Shown here one piece after another: positions 46,448 through 61,400 of a DNA stretch of 64,000 bases (position 1 is the first letter of the stretch; every line of letters begins with the position of its first letter). Source of the DNA: Styela clava. Taxonomy: Eukaryota. Both the position numbers and the translations under genes were made by a program. A model generated the notes under the pieces. That model made no database searches, was not told the DNA's origin, and was given only the letters and a program-made list of their open reading frames with translations. Where the stretch lies: assembly GCF_964204865.1 (NCBI RefSeq), contig NC_135259.1:16430001-16494000 (forward strand), in the 5' to 3' direction.

Positions 46448-49400
46448 ATGGACAAATCGAAAAAATCTGCGGCTTCTGCTGCAGCAGTTCCAGGAAAAAA
46501 GAAAGTATGTCTAATAGGAATTATGCTTTTCTGCACAATCTTTGTTTTCAGATAAGGATTCATGCCCTGTACTGTTCAAATTTTATCGACTAATAAATTC
46601 TAGTGAATAAGATTATAGCATGAAACACAGCTTCTTTATGCCTTCTGTTTTACAGAATTGTTTTATTTTTAAACATCGCTTATGTCACTATTTGATATAC
46701 GTAATGCATGTGAAATATCAGAGCTAAAGCTTAGATGCTTGTTGTGATAGCATATCAGTAAATATTCAACTATAAAACACTGACAGTATATGAATTAAAA
46801 ACAGGTAATACGTCGGGTGGTAAAGAATGCAAAAACCGGCGAAATTATCAAAACAGAAATTGTTCGAATCGACAGTTCAGGAGAACAGACAGTAACATCA
46901 TATCCAGCTGGAACACCTATACCGAGCTTGGGCAGTCTACAGTCGCAAGGATCTGGCCAGGTATGGAACAATATTTGAACTTGTTCAAAATTATTTTTAT
47001 TCAATTATTTGTATTCGTGATTTTCAGAATAATTTGGAATACTTCTATCTGATTGGTTATAAGTTAGTTAGCCAATTGAAATCTCAAAGTGCAACCAAAA
47101 ATTTAATCAAATCACTGTTTATCTAATTTTTTCTGCATTTCTAAATTCAAATACATTGTACATTCAGTATACATTGACTTTCATGTTTTTTTATACTGAA
47201 AACGGCCTAATTTAGATTATGTTCGAAATATTGGATCATTAAGTTTTCGCCATCTGGTCTGGTATTATTGTCTCTGCTTTTTGTTTTGAACTAATTAAAT
47301 GATATTTATGAAAATTTATATAATTAAAATCTTTAATTTTTTGCAGGCAAAGAAATCGTCTAGTAGGAAGCCTTCTAGTGAAATGAAGTCTGGATCTCCT
47401 TCAAGAAGGACAAGGTAAGGGAAACACCAGATAAAAATTTTCATTTACTTTGCATAAAGGCTTATTATTATTAAGATGGTGGAAAAGATACTGTTGTAAT
47501 AAATTTAGAATCGATGCAAATTTTGTTACATTAAAGGATTTAGTTTGGTACATACTTTTGAAGCACCTTATCATAGCATTTGGATATTTCACATTCTATT
47601 CAATCTAATGTTTTACTTCCATTTTCAGTCGTGAAGAGAATATTGCACCTGAAGATTCAAAGGCATCCCAACAGACATCCCCACCTGAACAGAAAAAACA
47701 TTCCAAAGCTTATGAAGACATAAATAGTGAGTATTAACTGGTTTAGCTAGTATTTATCCCTTTTTAGTGATGTTTTTCATACGGAATATGCTATTTTAGG
47801 TACTCCCGTAGTGTGTGTACCAGGTTAGGGTTAGGCCATAATTTTATTCCGATTTTCCTTATTTTAGTTCTATTAATAAGAGTTCCGAGGACCGTATGTG
47901 TTAACCAAGTGAATATACCCCTTACCCATAGTTATATTGTTACTCGCACTTCCGGAGCGCCCTATTTTATACCAATCAATTCAAGTGTAATTATAATCAT
48001 TTTTCTAATTACAGGCAGAGACAGAGGTGACATAGGACCAAGTGTTCCAGCCAATGTTCCCGGTCTTGAAGATTTGATAAAGAAAGAAGAAGAATTAAGA
48101 AGACTGAACGAATCAGTATTAGATAAACATGAGAAGCCAAAGGTTATTGCTGATTATGGAACATTTTTAAAATTTTGTTGGTTCAGAAAATCTAATTTGA
48201 ACTTGGATTCTTTATATCATGTAATCTCATCATTGCGTAAAGATCGGGCTTTCAATCGGCGTCATAACTTACCATCTTAATGTGACGGTGACAAGGCATT
48301 CTTTGCAATTTCCACCAGCCTATGCTTACATAGTTCCATTTCTTGTTTATTTTCGTAACGTCAGATCAGCCCCATGAGACGCGGGTCATTTTAGGAGGAA
48401 ATAACATGTGCAAATAAATGTCAAATGCTTATAATGACAAGTTTTTAAGTTAGACTATTATAGACTATTGTTATAAATTGGTGTTTAGGCTTGAACAAGA
48501 TTCCACACAACAGTCACATGCAATTAGGCAGACTTCATTTTTGAATTTTTATTTTTTTATAACTAGCTTGTATATTTTGATCCTATTCGAATAATTTCCA
48601 ATATTTAAACGTGTACAGGACGGTGAAGAGAGCCTTGAAACTGCTTTAATTACTATGATGAAGCGTAAGAGGCAGCAAAGAAATCCAAACAAAGCAAAGC
48701 GAGGATTGGTTGCGAGTACGAAGCCAAGAAGACACAGCGACGATGAGATTGATAAAGGTAAATGAACTGTCATCTGTGAAACACTCTAGGAAGTGATAAG
48801 GCATACTATGAACATAAGAGTCCTTATCCTTTTTAGACTCCTTGGCTTTGCATATTAGGAGATGATGTCTCGTTTTCTATTTTGCTTGTGTGGTGATTAT
48901 TTAACATATTTCAGTTTTAGAAATAAAATGAGAGATCCGAATAGAACTTGAATTAATATAGGACATTATGATTTATCAAATTATGAATAGCTGAAGCAAA
49001 TATTTTAATCTTGAAATTTTTATTGCATTTACGTTTTACCTCTATGTACTTTCAAACTTAGTCTTATCTTTACTGTTTTAATTAGCATTAGATGATGCGT
49101 ACGACGGTGACACAGATTATCGAGGCATGCCTGGGTCCAAACGTGATGAGGAAGATGAAGAAGCAGAAAGAAAACGTAAAGAAAGACACAGGTTTGTGCA
49201 TTGGGAATCTATAGTTCTAGGTATTCAATATGCCACTATTGCCTTGATGGCACTCCCGTAGTTTGTGCAACAAGATAGCGGACACCTGAGCATAGTATGT
49301 GTATCAGGTTAGGGTTAGGCTATAATTTTATTACAATTTTCCTCATTTTAGTTCTATTACGAGTTCGAGGACTAGCCAAGTGACCCCCGTAGTATTTGTA

Positions 49401-52400
49401 CAAGAAATTATGGCCTAAGCCAACCTGATACACATACTACGTTCCGGTGTCCGCCATCTTGGCTCACATACTATGAGAGTACTGCCCTGACTATTGCTGA
49501 ATTTTAATGTTGGTATTCATATGTCATAAAAAGGTTGATGAACGGTTAATTACCTCTTTTTGGCTGTATATGTGCTTGAACTTGTTCTTTTTGACAACTT
49601 GTACTATTTTCCCAAGAGATATACTTATACTTATGTACACTATCATCTTTTTCTAGACGTAGAAGGGAGAAGAAACATAGAGAGAGAGCACAGGTAGATT
49701 TTCAGTATAATCAATTATTTTATCTCCAATATTCAGATGTTGTCAACTTGTAATCGTTAATACCCATAACTACATCAAATTGATTTTGTTTTGGACATTT
49801 TGACTAAATTGAAATCCTATAATAAAGAAACTCAATTTTTACCCAGGCGCCTGACCATGCAGATGTTGAAGAGTATCAAGGAGAAACAGGACCATTGGAT
49901 ATGCCTGATATTGGTGAGTCTGTGTTTTTTTTTACGAAGTTATGGCGACACATTTCTGATTACCCTGCAAATATGGTTTAATCCCATGCGAGATATTTAT
50001 GTGAAAAAGGATTGCTGGATTCCTCGCCGCTGCCACCATCGCATCCATGCATATAGAACTGGCTAACTAACCCCATACCCGACATGGACTAGTTACCATT
50101 TTTGTCTGTGGGTATTGCTTGTATTGTATTCAATTATTTAATAGAATCGATATTTGTTTACATTTATTGAAACTCATTTGGAGTATAGGTGTAAGTTGGC
50201 AAATTTTGATATTCATTCTTGGTCATTTCCTCTCAGAATCATTTCGTAAACGAAACGATGATGAAACACCTATGGAGGTCGCTGAAGGTGACACTCAACC
50301 ACAGCAAGAGGGCGATGATGAGCAAGAAATTTCTAAACAATTGGAAGATACAACTATAAAGCAAGAAGATGACGGTATGTAGTGTATATCATTCATTCAT
50401 ATCATTCTTTATATCATAAATAATGAACAGTATGCTTTGTGGGGCAAAAGTTTGTTGTTTTGGGGAGGGGAAACCGATATATTACTTCATATTCGGTGTA
50501 TGAAGTTCATGTAGCTCAGGCATTGATTTGTGTTTGCTCTTGTAAATTAACGTTTGTGCAAATTTATATTCAGATACTCAGCCTAATGACGATAAAAACA
50601 AGAGCGAAGACAGTGGTTCTGATGACGATAAAAGAAAGAAAAAGAAGAAACATAAGCATAAAAAGAAGAAAAAGAAAACTAAAAAGACAAAGGATGATAA
50701 GAAAAGTGAGAGTGAGAAAGAGGGAGATAAAGAAGAAAGAAAAAGAAAATCGAGGAGCAGGTATGCCACAGATGGAAATGAAAATTATTCGAATACTTAA
50801 AGATAAATGTAGTATTACTTATCTGTCAAATCCTTAATGGGGACTATGTTGCTATGTAACTAAAATATTCCCAAAATTCTCTTCATAACAGTTTGCATGC
50901 TGCATCGTTGGGTACAAAATTCGGTACTATTGTAGTGTGTGTACCAGGTTAGGGTTAGGTCATACTTTTATTCAGATTTTCCTATTTTAGTTCTATTCAG
51001 AGTTCATAACTGTCTGTGTTAGCCAAGTGAATATACCCCCTACCCATAGGTTTCAGTCTCTTTACACAACTTGATGTAAAATCGTACAAAATTAGTTACC
51101 TCCATATTGGTACAAACACTTCTGGAGCGGCCAAGACTCATTGTGGTGCAATTTCCATTTTCAGCAGGATACTTAAGAATAGATATTTTCATGCCAGCAG
51201 GCACACCTTGAGTGGTAATTTGTCCAAAGTTTGAAACCAACTTGTAATTTTTTTCTAATTTTCGAATCAAAAATAAATATACCTAAATTTGCGGTAATCT
51301 GTATGGATGGAAATGATACAAAGCAAATTTATTTATAACATCGTATGGAACCTTTCTATTTTTTGTTATCAGATCTCGAAGCTTGTCGTCACTTTCTTTA
51401 TCATCAATCTCTTCAGCATTCAGTGATAGTTTTGATTTTGCTGGGATGGATTATGATCCTTCAGAAGAAGGTGGTTTCGACATGGTAAGAGAATATTCTT
51501 AGTGATTACTATTTTTTCTGTGCTGTATTGGCTGAAATACAATGTATGTGGTAGACCATGTTGGTGCTGCAAGATCTCTGGTTGAAATCTCACCGACCAT
51601 CTTATCACTCACCAACTCACTCGAATGTGTGATAAACCAGATGCGCTCTTTCAAATCATATTGATTCTGATGCTTGATTCTAGAGCAGTGGTGGGCAAGG
51701 TTTTTGAATCAGGGGCCAAAAAAGTTGCCCGCCTAGACTGGTGGGCCATGTAAGGGTGATGTAAAACTAAATTTAATAGCAAATCAACAAATTCCTTGAG
51801 CTGTTTTTTAGCTTAAACGTCAAAATTTTGTTGTAGTTTGGTTGTGGCAGCATCAGGTGGGCCAGATTGAACTACCCAATGGGCCGGATTTGCCCCTGTC
51901 AATTCAAGAGCTGTGGTTAAAGTGGATGCATAAAATAATACTAAGTTTGAAATGCGGGATGTTTTTCTAAAATATACCTGTCACATAATTTTTATTTTTT
52001 TTTCCGCAGGCAATGATGGAATATCAACAAATCAGAGCTCAACAAATGGGATTTATGGCACCTGGCCCTTTCTTTTTTAGAGGAAGAGGGGGTCGGGGTT
52101 TCCCCCGCGGTAGGGGATTTCCTCCAGGAGCATGGAGAGGACGTGGAGCGCCACCACCTGGATTTTTCCCATTCTTTCCTGGTAATTTTATTTGAAACCT
52201 GTAAAAATATATCAAGAGAAACTAGTTCATACAAATTAAAATTTGGAAATATGGGAGAAAGGGAAAAATGTTGGACTGTTTTTCTGTAAATTTTAGGGTG
52301 GAATGCCAATTTGTAACAATTTGAAAATAATGAAGTTTCATGTATTGTTATTTAGTAGATTGCTTCATCTTACAATACCCTTTCTCTGGTAGTTTAATGC

Positions 52401-55400
52401 ATATTTTCATTTTATTCAGGCGACCCCAACTTTGTTCAATTTCCTGGTATGCCTGGGGAAAAAGGTGGGGATTCAACTCGTGGTCGGGGTCAGCCTGTAA
52501 ACCTGGGTCCTTGGAAAGGCAGGGGGCTTCGGGGTAGAGGTATACCCCCCGGATTTCATCGAAACTACACAGAAGATGATAAAGGCGATGCGGTGTATGT
52601 TGAAGAGAGCGGTAGTTCATCGAGTTCTGATGGTGGCAAGAAAAAAAAGAAGAAGAAACATAGAAAGAGAAGTTATTCTTCAAGGTTGGTTTTTGAATAC
52701 CTAAATGGAGCTTCGATTGGCTGAATGTTCTTATTATGGAAGTCGTAATAATTTGGATTTCACTTTGGTAAATTAAAAAATGGTGCTAATAAAACAAGAC
52801 AATGTTTGATATTTGAGCAGTAAATAAAGTATCGGCTTATATGTTAAGATCAACTGTTTTTGGGAGGGATTAGAATGTTTCAGTAGAATCTTGAGAGGTG
52901 GGAGCATGTCGATCTCTGGGCTGTTATGGTTACAGAATAAATCTTTTATCACTGGTATTCATTCTATTTACAATGCATTTGTACATTTGCTTCTAAGATT
53001 TGACTAAGTTTACTGCTGATCAGATTACTGTCAAGTATGTCAAAAATAAGAATAACGTAATGTTAATAACGCAAAGAATTTTTCAAGTCGTGCCCCAACT
53101 CAAACGAGAATATCGATCAGAGACCGAAGACTTATCGGTCGAGCTTTTACTCCATAGCCACACACCGTGTGTCCCATTACTAATTAATCAATAACTCTCT
53201 AACTATACGACATAAATGATGAATCCTCCAAAATCAATAGGCTTCTGGTCCGAGATATGATGAATGCACATGCAAAATTTGGAGAGAGTTCAACCTCGCT
53301 TTTGTGAGATATCGCGTGTAACTAACAGACAAACAAACAAACAAATAACTATCAACATACTTACCGATCAAGATAGATAAGTAATAATTAGCTAACAATA
53401 AGCCACAAATAACAGATAGGTGAAAGTATGTTGTATTCAAAAAACACTTGAAAATGTGTTGATGGAACGTAAATAATGAAATAAGCTCGAAATGTAAATA
53501 TCCTAAATAAGGCGGGAAAGATCAAATCTAACAAATATCTTTATTTTTAATTAGCTTAATTAGCGCCTACCTACCGTTTTAGGAACCACTGTGTTAGAAG
53601 CTTTCGTCATGTCATAGTCTAACATCTTCATGCAAAAGAAGATGAAACCGCTATAGCAGCATTCTATACTTATCGAAATGTACGAATATAATTATAAACA
53701 TTCCTCATAATCTTGATATCTCTCTTCAGGTCATACTCGTCCAGTGGTTCTTCTCGTTCGCGCTCAAGATCAAGACGACGTCACAGGAGGCGCCATAGAT
53801 CTAGTTCGTACTCTTCTCGTTCTTCCAGATCGTATTCTCGATCATCATACTCATCCAGGTCAAGGTAAGAAGGTGTTGCTTCGATAATGTACTATTTTGT
53901 TAGTCTGTGTGTTTAGTTTTCGTAGTTGATTATTTCGGCGGTTCTCATACATTTAATTTTTATTATGTCTTTCTATATGTGTCACAATAATTTTTATCGA
54001 ATAAAATTTTATATATTCATAATGTAAAATTTATAAATTTGTTGAAATTTTCCTTTCTTAGATCTCGCTCGTATTCTCGTTCATATTCGTCTTATTCAAG
54101 AAGTTCATCCAGGTCAAGATCTAGAAGTTCAAGAAGATCAAAGTCTGGGTAGGTTTGGAGATTTTAACGGTGCTCCCGAAGTATGTGCACCAAGATGACA
54201 CACAACCTGAACATAGTATGTGTACTAGGTTAGGGTTGTTATCAGGCTGTGTGCCATCCATCTGAACATACTTCTGAAGCGCCATTTTACCTATATATTC
54301 CATATTCCACTTTAATAAGGATCACGAAATGAAAATTTTACCACACAAAACTTCTCTTAAAACCAATTAATTTGTAATATTATATATCATGAAATATGCT
54401 AATCATGAAAAAAACGTGTAGTAATAGTTTGCAGAACGCATGTTAAATAATTCTCTGCCATATTATGTTTTGTGTTGCCAAATTAACTTTTATTGTTATA
54501 ATATTTTAAATATGCTTCTATACATTCAGTCCCTAGTCGCAGTTATGGTATTAATTTGATGTACTGTCAATTTAGAGAGATTTTTATGTTCTGCTCTGTA
54601 ATTTCCAATTTGAATTGTTTTTACTATTCTTTTCTAGTTCACGCAGAAGGGAAGGTTCGACACAGCCATGGGGATATGACGATGGAAGGTAATTTATTTT
54701 GGTTTCTTTTTTAAATTTGGGTAAAAACTCCTTCTCTACCGAATAAAATTTGGAACGAAGCAATCCACTGTTCTACTTTTTTTTATGTCAACCTGTCTTT
54801 TTAAAATTGCATTTTTCTTTCACAAAATTTCAAATTTTTTTGGCAATGCTCTTCGGCTCACCCCTTCTGGATTTTCTAGTCGCTTGTAGTATATGTTTTG
54901 TCCCGAAGGAGTGACATCGCCCACTTTAAAAATTACTGTGTTAATGCATTGAAATTCATTTAAAAACTGGTAAGATTTGGCATATGAACGAATTGAGCTT
55001 TGCCTCATTGTTTCAATCTAAGGAAATATCAAAAAATATTTATTTCAATATTTCTTAGGGCAAGTCCATCCTACAGAGCTTACGACGAAGATGGTTTTAA
55101 ACCTCCTGTTCGTGATAAACATTCTGATGATGAAGAAGTGCCGTGGTGGGCGGAGTTTGATAAAACTTATGAAGTCGAAAAGAAGAAATTAGAAGAAGAA
55201 AAAAGGCAATTGGAAGAAGAAGAGAAAGCTTTTGAAAAGGGATCAACTAGTGGTGGGTGCTAGGGATATTCAGAAAATTCAGTATTTAACCATTTTCAAA
55301 AGGTGCAATATTTCCAAATTAATTTTTTTGCCAAGATTTGCTTTTATATAGAATGAGGATTTATGTCATTGATAAGTGTGCTCTAACAATATTTTCTATC

Positions 55401-58400
55401 GGCTTTAAATGTTCTTTCAGCTGTGCGTGGGGCCTGTCTACATTTGAGTTGAAATCTGAATTCGACATTTTTTGAGAATTGGTTTCAATAACTATTTTCA
55501 AGTTTTATATAGTTCCCAGAAGATATATATTGACATCCTTATTATAAACATAAGGGAATCTGACATAAAATAGAACGAAAAATTTTACATGTGCCCGTTG
55601 TAAATTCCAAAGATATTTTAACAAGATTCTTTTTCAATATAATTTTTCACAATAGTTCATGTTGTAACCTCAAACTTCTTTAACAATTTAAGCTGGAAGT
55701 ATTTTTCTCGTTTCCAGCTGAACCAGAGCCGCCATCCATCGTGTCGACAGATGAAATTGACGTCGTTCGTTGTTTGATGAATCTTGTTGATAAAGCAAGA
55801 TCACAACAAGATGAATGTCTGGAAACAGCAAGAGAATGTCTCAACGATATTGTAGTCAAGGTACCGTTGCTAATTAATGCATAACATTGTTGTGAATTGG
55901 GACATAAATAAGTAAAGTAATCTTAAACAATTATGTGATGGTCATTAGCAACTTGATTAACATTCACTTTTGAATAAAAAATTTAAAATCTCAAAGGTTT
56001 AGTATTTGACACTTTATCTTTCAACAGGTATCTACAGCACCAGTCCAAGCAACACAACTACATGAAGAAATTGAAGATCCGTTTGACAAAGTTATACAAG
56101 ACTGTGTTGATTCCATCCTAGATAAGATTACTCCTAACGATCCACAAACTGCTTCAAGACTTTGTCTGAAGGTAGGAATACGTTATATTTGAAGACAGCA
56201 AATTTGTTTTAGGTGTTTAAATGCAGTTTTGTTATAATTTCATCCTTTTTTGTTTGAATCTACTCTGAATTGGTTGAGATAATAAAGGGAGATAGTATTT
56301 TTCTTTGTCACTGCTCTTGTTATATTTGTCATTACGCCTGTTGTGTTCATAAGTCGTACTTCAAAATTGCTGTATTTTTGATGTTACAACTGTGACACTA
56401 ATATCGCCATGGTGACATCTTAAAATATTATTGCCTTCATGCAGTCACTATCCTTGTCTGTGAATTAGTATTCTCAGTTTCATTAGACATCTGGAACTGT
56501 CTGCTATATTGAATCAAAGACCTTACCCAGCATTTGGTTCCAGTGCCATTTGCTGTTTAATATCTTTGTACAACCTATATTTCTATTTAACCTATGTGGG
56601 TTGTCCGAATCGAATGGATATTTCAATATTCAGATTTTGAGAATGCTATATGTCGGTAAGATATTTGTAACATTAATTCTTTTATTTAGGAAATCATTGA
56701 TACAGTGGTTGAACAAGAGGAAGAAGATAAAGCAAATGAGGAAGCAAACGAAATGGAGAAAGAAATCACGGAGAGTGAACAATCAAGGTACTTTGTTAAT
56801 TGATGTAATTTCATAAATTTATGTCGCTCAGCCTGGCTTATTTACACAAAAATCGTTAACTTTGAATCAGACTATGAGAATTGAAAAAAATCGTAATAAT
56901 GAGCATTTGTGTTAAATTGGTTGAGTATTATTCGTGACTATCGGACATCATATGTGGAGTCTGGGAAATTTCCTGCCTGGCGCAAGAGTGATTTAATAAC
57001 CAAAGACTTCTGTCTACAGCGCGACGAAATTATTACTCAGAATTCTGGTCCAAACTGAATTGAAGAAAATCAGAGAAAACCAAAGTTGATTACAACGAGC
57101 TTTCTTTAATTATTGGCTGGGAGTTTTTAGTTGACTTAATGCATTCTTTAGTTCCTATAATAAAAATTTTCACGAGGGGTACTTTGAAAATACGACTACA
57201 GCTCTGACACCAAATCAACATCGAAATATGCCGTTAACTTTACGTAACAATACCTTGTTCTCTTTTCAGATTATTTCAATGCTACCTTCGAGCTCAGAAA
57301 CTCACTGAACAAATCAAGGCTGAACGTAGAGCCAAAGGTCTCGTTGATGAGATGGGAGAAGATAAAACTCAGAACGATGATAAGCAGAAGACTGATGATC
57401 GAAAGAGGGATAGAAGGGGTCATAGGTCACGGCATAGAAGGAGAAGTCGAAGCAGGAGTCGCGATAGGTAAGATTTGTAAAGGTTTGATTAGTTTTTGGG
57501 GGGGGGGGGAACTGTCGAATTGGCTCGTGAAATTTTCCATCATCGGATTATATATTGCTCTGTGGATTTTTTTTATCGGAATATTTCTGATTTATTTTAG
57601 GGGTAGACGCCGGAGAAGACGTAGTTCAAGTGGCAGCCGAAGCAGGTCTTCTTCACGTTCAAGCGATCGTGCAATTCCTCTTGTGTCGAAAGAAAGTTTG
57701 AAACAAGCCCAGGCTGTGCTTATGATGCAACAACAGCAGTTACAAGTTGCTGGATTGCTCGGAACGGGGTGAGTTAAGAATAAATGTTGGTCTGTATGGA
57801 GTTGCTTGAGGGCTTTGCTAAAACAGTAATTTGCAAATCCAAATACATTCTGAAATTTAATATATTGAACATCAAATATATTCTCAAATGAGTTACTCTG
57901 GAATTAATGTGCCAAAGGTGTATTTCTTTTTTAAGGGCCAAAATGCGTTTTCTCCGTTTTAGACAAAAACTAGACCACTCGTATTTAAAAAAATTCAAAC
58001 GGCATATCCACAAATTTTGGATAATAATATTTAATATATACATTTTGTTTTGAGTGGAATTGTATAGAAAAATCATTACCATGTTAGAGATAAAGTATCT
58101 GTAAAAATGACCAGTAAAAATTTAACCCTTTTTGTTTTTCAGAATGCCGAATCTGGCAGGTTTAACACAGGCAGCAGCGTTGGCAGCAGGTATTACACCT
58201 GCATTGCTTGCTCAAACTGCTGCAAAAAATAAAAACTTGAACATAACTGTACCTGATGATGGAAACGAAATCAAAGATGAATCCAAGTTCACGAAATGGG
58301 ATAAAGATAAGGTTTGTGAATTACATAATGAACTATTAAAAGCTATAGGGTCAGAGAATTGCTTTTCTTCGGACCGCCTTCGACCGACGGACCGATAGTT

Positions 58401-61400
58401 TTTGTAATCCAGTAGTTGAAACTGAAAGTGAAGTAAGTTGTTAGAAGCTGCTTCTCTTAGTGCTTTCAGATTTTTTTTGAGCTTTCAATTTTAGTTATGT
58501 GTTCAACTGCTTGTAAGATATTTTTATTTGTCGCAAAGCTCTTGGGGAGCCGTCGATCATATCTAAGAAGCTACACCTTTTTGAGTCTCCCGCAATTGTC
58601 TCAGTTTGGCATTGCCTGCTTGAGATCTTTAATGCAGTTGAGTTTAAAACTATTATTTACTTTCAATTGCTCATGTTTGCACTTACTCTCATATCCAGGA
58701 TGCAATGTCAAAAACCAAAAGTAAAGATGATCTGACTCGAAAACTAATGCAAAGAATGAGAGAGAAAAAATTAAAACAAGAAGATGGAGACATGTCACCT
58801 ACGTTTCAAGCAAGAAACAAAGACAAGGTAGAATCACTTTTATTAATCTGAGGAAAACTTGAACAAGGGGTCTCCCTTTGCTTATTTTTCTTTTTACTTT
58901 ATCTCTTTATTTCTTACTCGCGATGCATAAAATCCTGTTTTCATTATTCGTTCAATTTTTAGGATTATTAGCTAGTGTGTTACTGTGATGCGCACGTTTG
59001 GATTATTTATGCACAGTTAGGATAGGGTCCTATCATAGCTTTAGCTTATCTTGGATCTTTTCATTCCTTCCGATTATTCACAAAGTATAAAGTAATATTT
59101 CTGTAGTTTTAACCTCGTCGTAAGCAGCAAGATTCTCTCTAGGAATAGATTTCTCTCGTTGGCCCAATAGTGGTCTAGATATGAGTACTACGAAAAACAT
59201 AGCTGTTAAATTCCTTTTTTTTTTCTCATAGAATGCTGATGTGACGGCAGATAAAGTATTCGTGGGACCTGGAAGTTTGAAGAGTCGAAAAATTGCTATT
59301 TCATCAACTTTTGGTAAATTATGGAGTAAAGTGGAAGGTTCTCCGAAGCAAGGTAATGCATTTTGTATCGTGATTTAATTACATTTAAACTGTTATAATT
59401 ATCGAGCCTTCCAATACCCAAACCATAGCAGGCATTGACTAGAATGTTCAAGTTTTAAATGGACCAGAGAGATATATATATATACCATTTTAGGGTTAGG
59501 CCATAATTTTGTTTCGATTTGCTCAAGCTTTCCGGTAGAACTGAAAATATTTTAGTTCTATTACAAGTTCGGCCCATAGGTTTCAGTCCATTTACACAAC
59601 TTTATGGCGAACAAAATTAGTTACCTTCATATTGGTACACACACTTCTGGAGCGCCCAGATGGATAATATCAAATTTCCTATTTTTCAGACGAAGAAGGT
59701 CAAGATGGTGGCAGGGTTGGATATAACAAAAGTGACATCGTAGCTGCTTCTGCTGATATAAGAGATCAATTGCAGAATGCTGAACAGTGAGTTCTTCTTT
59801 TCTGTAATATCTAGGTTTATAAACGGTAGTGTGGTGCATCATGCTAAGCGTTCGCCACTGCACCTCTGATTATATAGTGTGGGTTCGCAGGTACGGATTC
59901 TGTGGGATTATAATTATGTGCAAGAGGATAGCTATACTCTTCGCTGTTGTAGGGTGATTCACATAACCATTGGTCTGTTGGGGCTTCCTCCACCATCAAG
60001 TCCATGCATCTGAAACAATAACTGGCTAATCTCATACTCGATATCTAATGGTAACCGGGCAAGAGCCCATGGTTTGCCGTATAATTAAGCCACCTTTCCT
60101 CTTCCTTAGGATAAATATGTGAATCCTATTTTATTTCGAAGAGAGTGAAAGATTGGTACTCCCAAAACTTCAAATTCATTTTGTATAATCAAAATCACCA
60201 ATATTTAGTAATATTATTACATTAAAATTTTTTCATTAATAAATGCTTTACATTAGTGATAATAAACTGAATGTTTAGATGTGTTGATTTGTTTTCCAAT
60301 TTAAATGTATTCGAAATAATTTTGTGAACTAAATATCAAATATGTCTCTCGAGCAGTCCTTGCATCCTTACGCGCCTATCGCTTACAAATTACAAATGAT
60401 ACATTAGAATTGTCATGGTAACACTATAAAATGTTTTTCGCCTTCATGCAGTCACTATCCTTGTCTGTGAATTCATATTCTCAGTTTCATTAGACATCTG
60501 GAACTGTCTGCTATATCGAATCAAAGACCTTACCCAGCATTTGGTTCTAGTGCCATTTGCTGTTTAATATCTTTGTACAACTTGTATTTCTAATTACCCT
60601 AAAAAGTACATTTCTGAATTCTTTAATATAAGGTTTGGTCTTACTGTGACGATATAGTCATTCCAAGAGGTAAAATATGCAATTTTCATCACAATTATTT
60701 CCATCTTCAGACTCAAAGCCGAAGAGCAAGAGAAGAAACTTGCGGCATGGTCAGACCAACAAGCCAGATTGAAGGAAGAAGCAAAAAGAGAAATGAGAGA
60801 ACAAATTGAGAGAGCTGAACGGGCAAAAAAAGAAAAAATGAAAGAAGAAATTTTGGAACAGGAAAGGCAAAATGAGATTATGAGAATAAGAGAAGAGGTA
60901 TTTACATATTTTTTTTATTCAATTTGCCTCGATTTTGATTAAAGCCTGTCTAATTAGCCCGATTAAGTCTTTATTTCCTGTAGAAAACGAATATGAAATT
61001 GTAAAATTGCTGCAATATCTAAACCGGATATGGCATTTTCACTTGTTTGTTGTTTTGATCTGGACAACAGTTTTCAATGTTTCTACCAATTTTTTTTGGT
61101 TTTATCCCCATTTTGTGTAACAAATTATTAATAGAGTAGTTTGTTAAAAGCATTTCTCTTTTCCAGGTTCGTAATCAGATCCGCAAAGAAATACAAGAAG
61201 AAATTGAGAAACAACGAAAAACCGTTTTAGAGGATCCAACAGTACGAGAAAAACTGCTCGAACTTGAAGCATTACGAAGCCAATCAGGATTAATCGCAAA
61301 CGAAGGAGTCGCGGCTGCAACATCTAGCGTCGCTGCAGGTGATATTTCGTCTTCGGTCACCCCCACCATGGCAACGGGCCACATGGGGGCGCAACAACAA

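Noticed and set aside
46550-48900. Further intronic hairpins as snoRNA candidates (~46560, ~48240-48420, ~48790)
   Set aside because: Boxes and pockets were not convincing by eye; they need a covariance-model search.
47820-59500. Interstitial telomeric repeats
   Set aside because: Only two units each, and always inside the MITE family.
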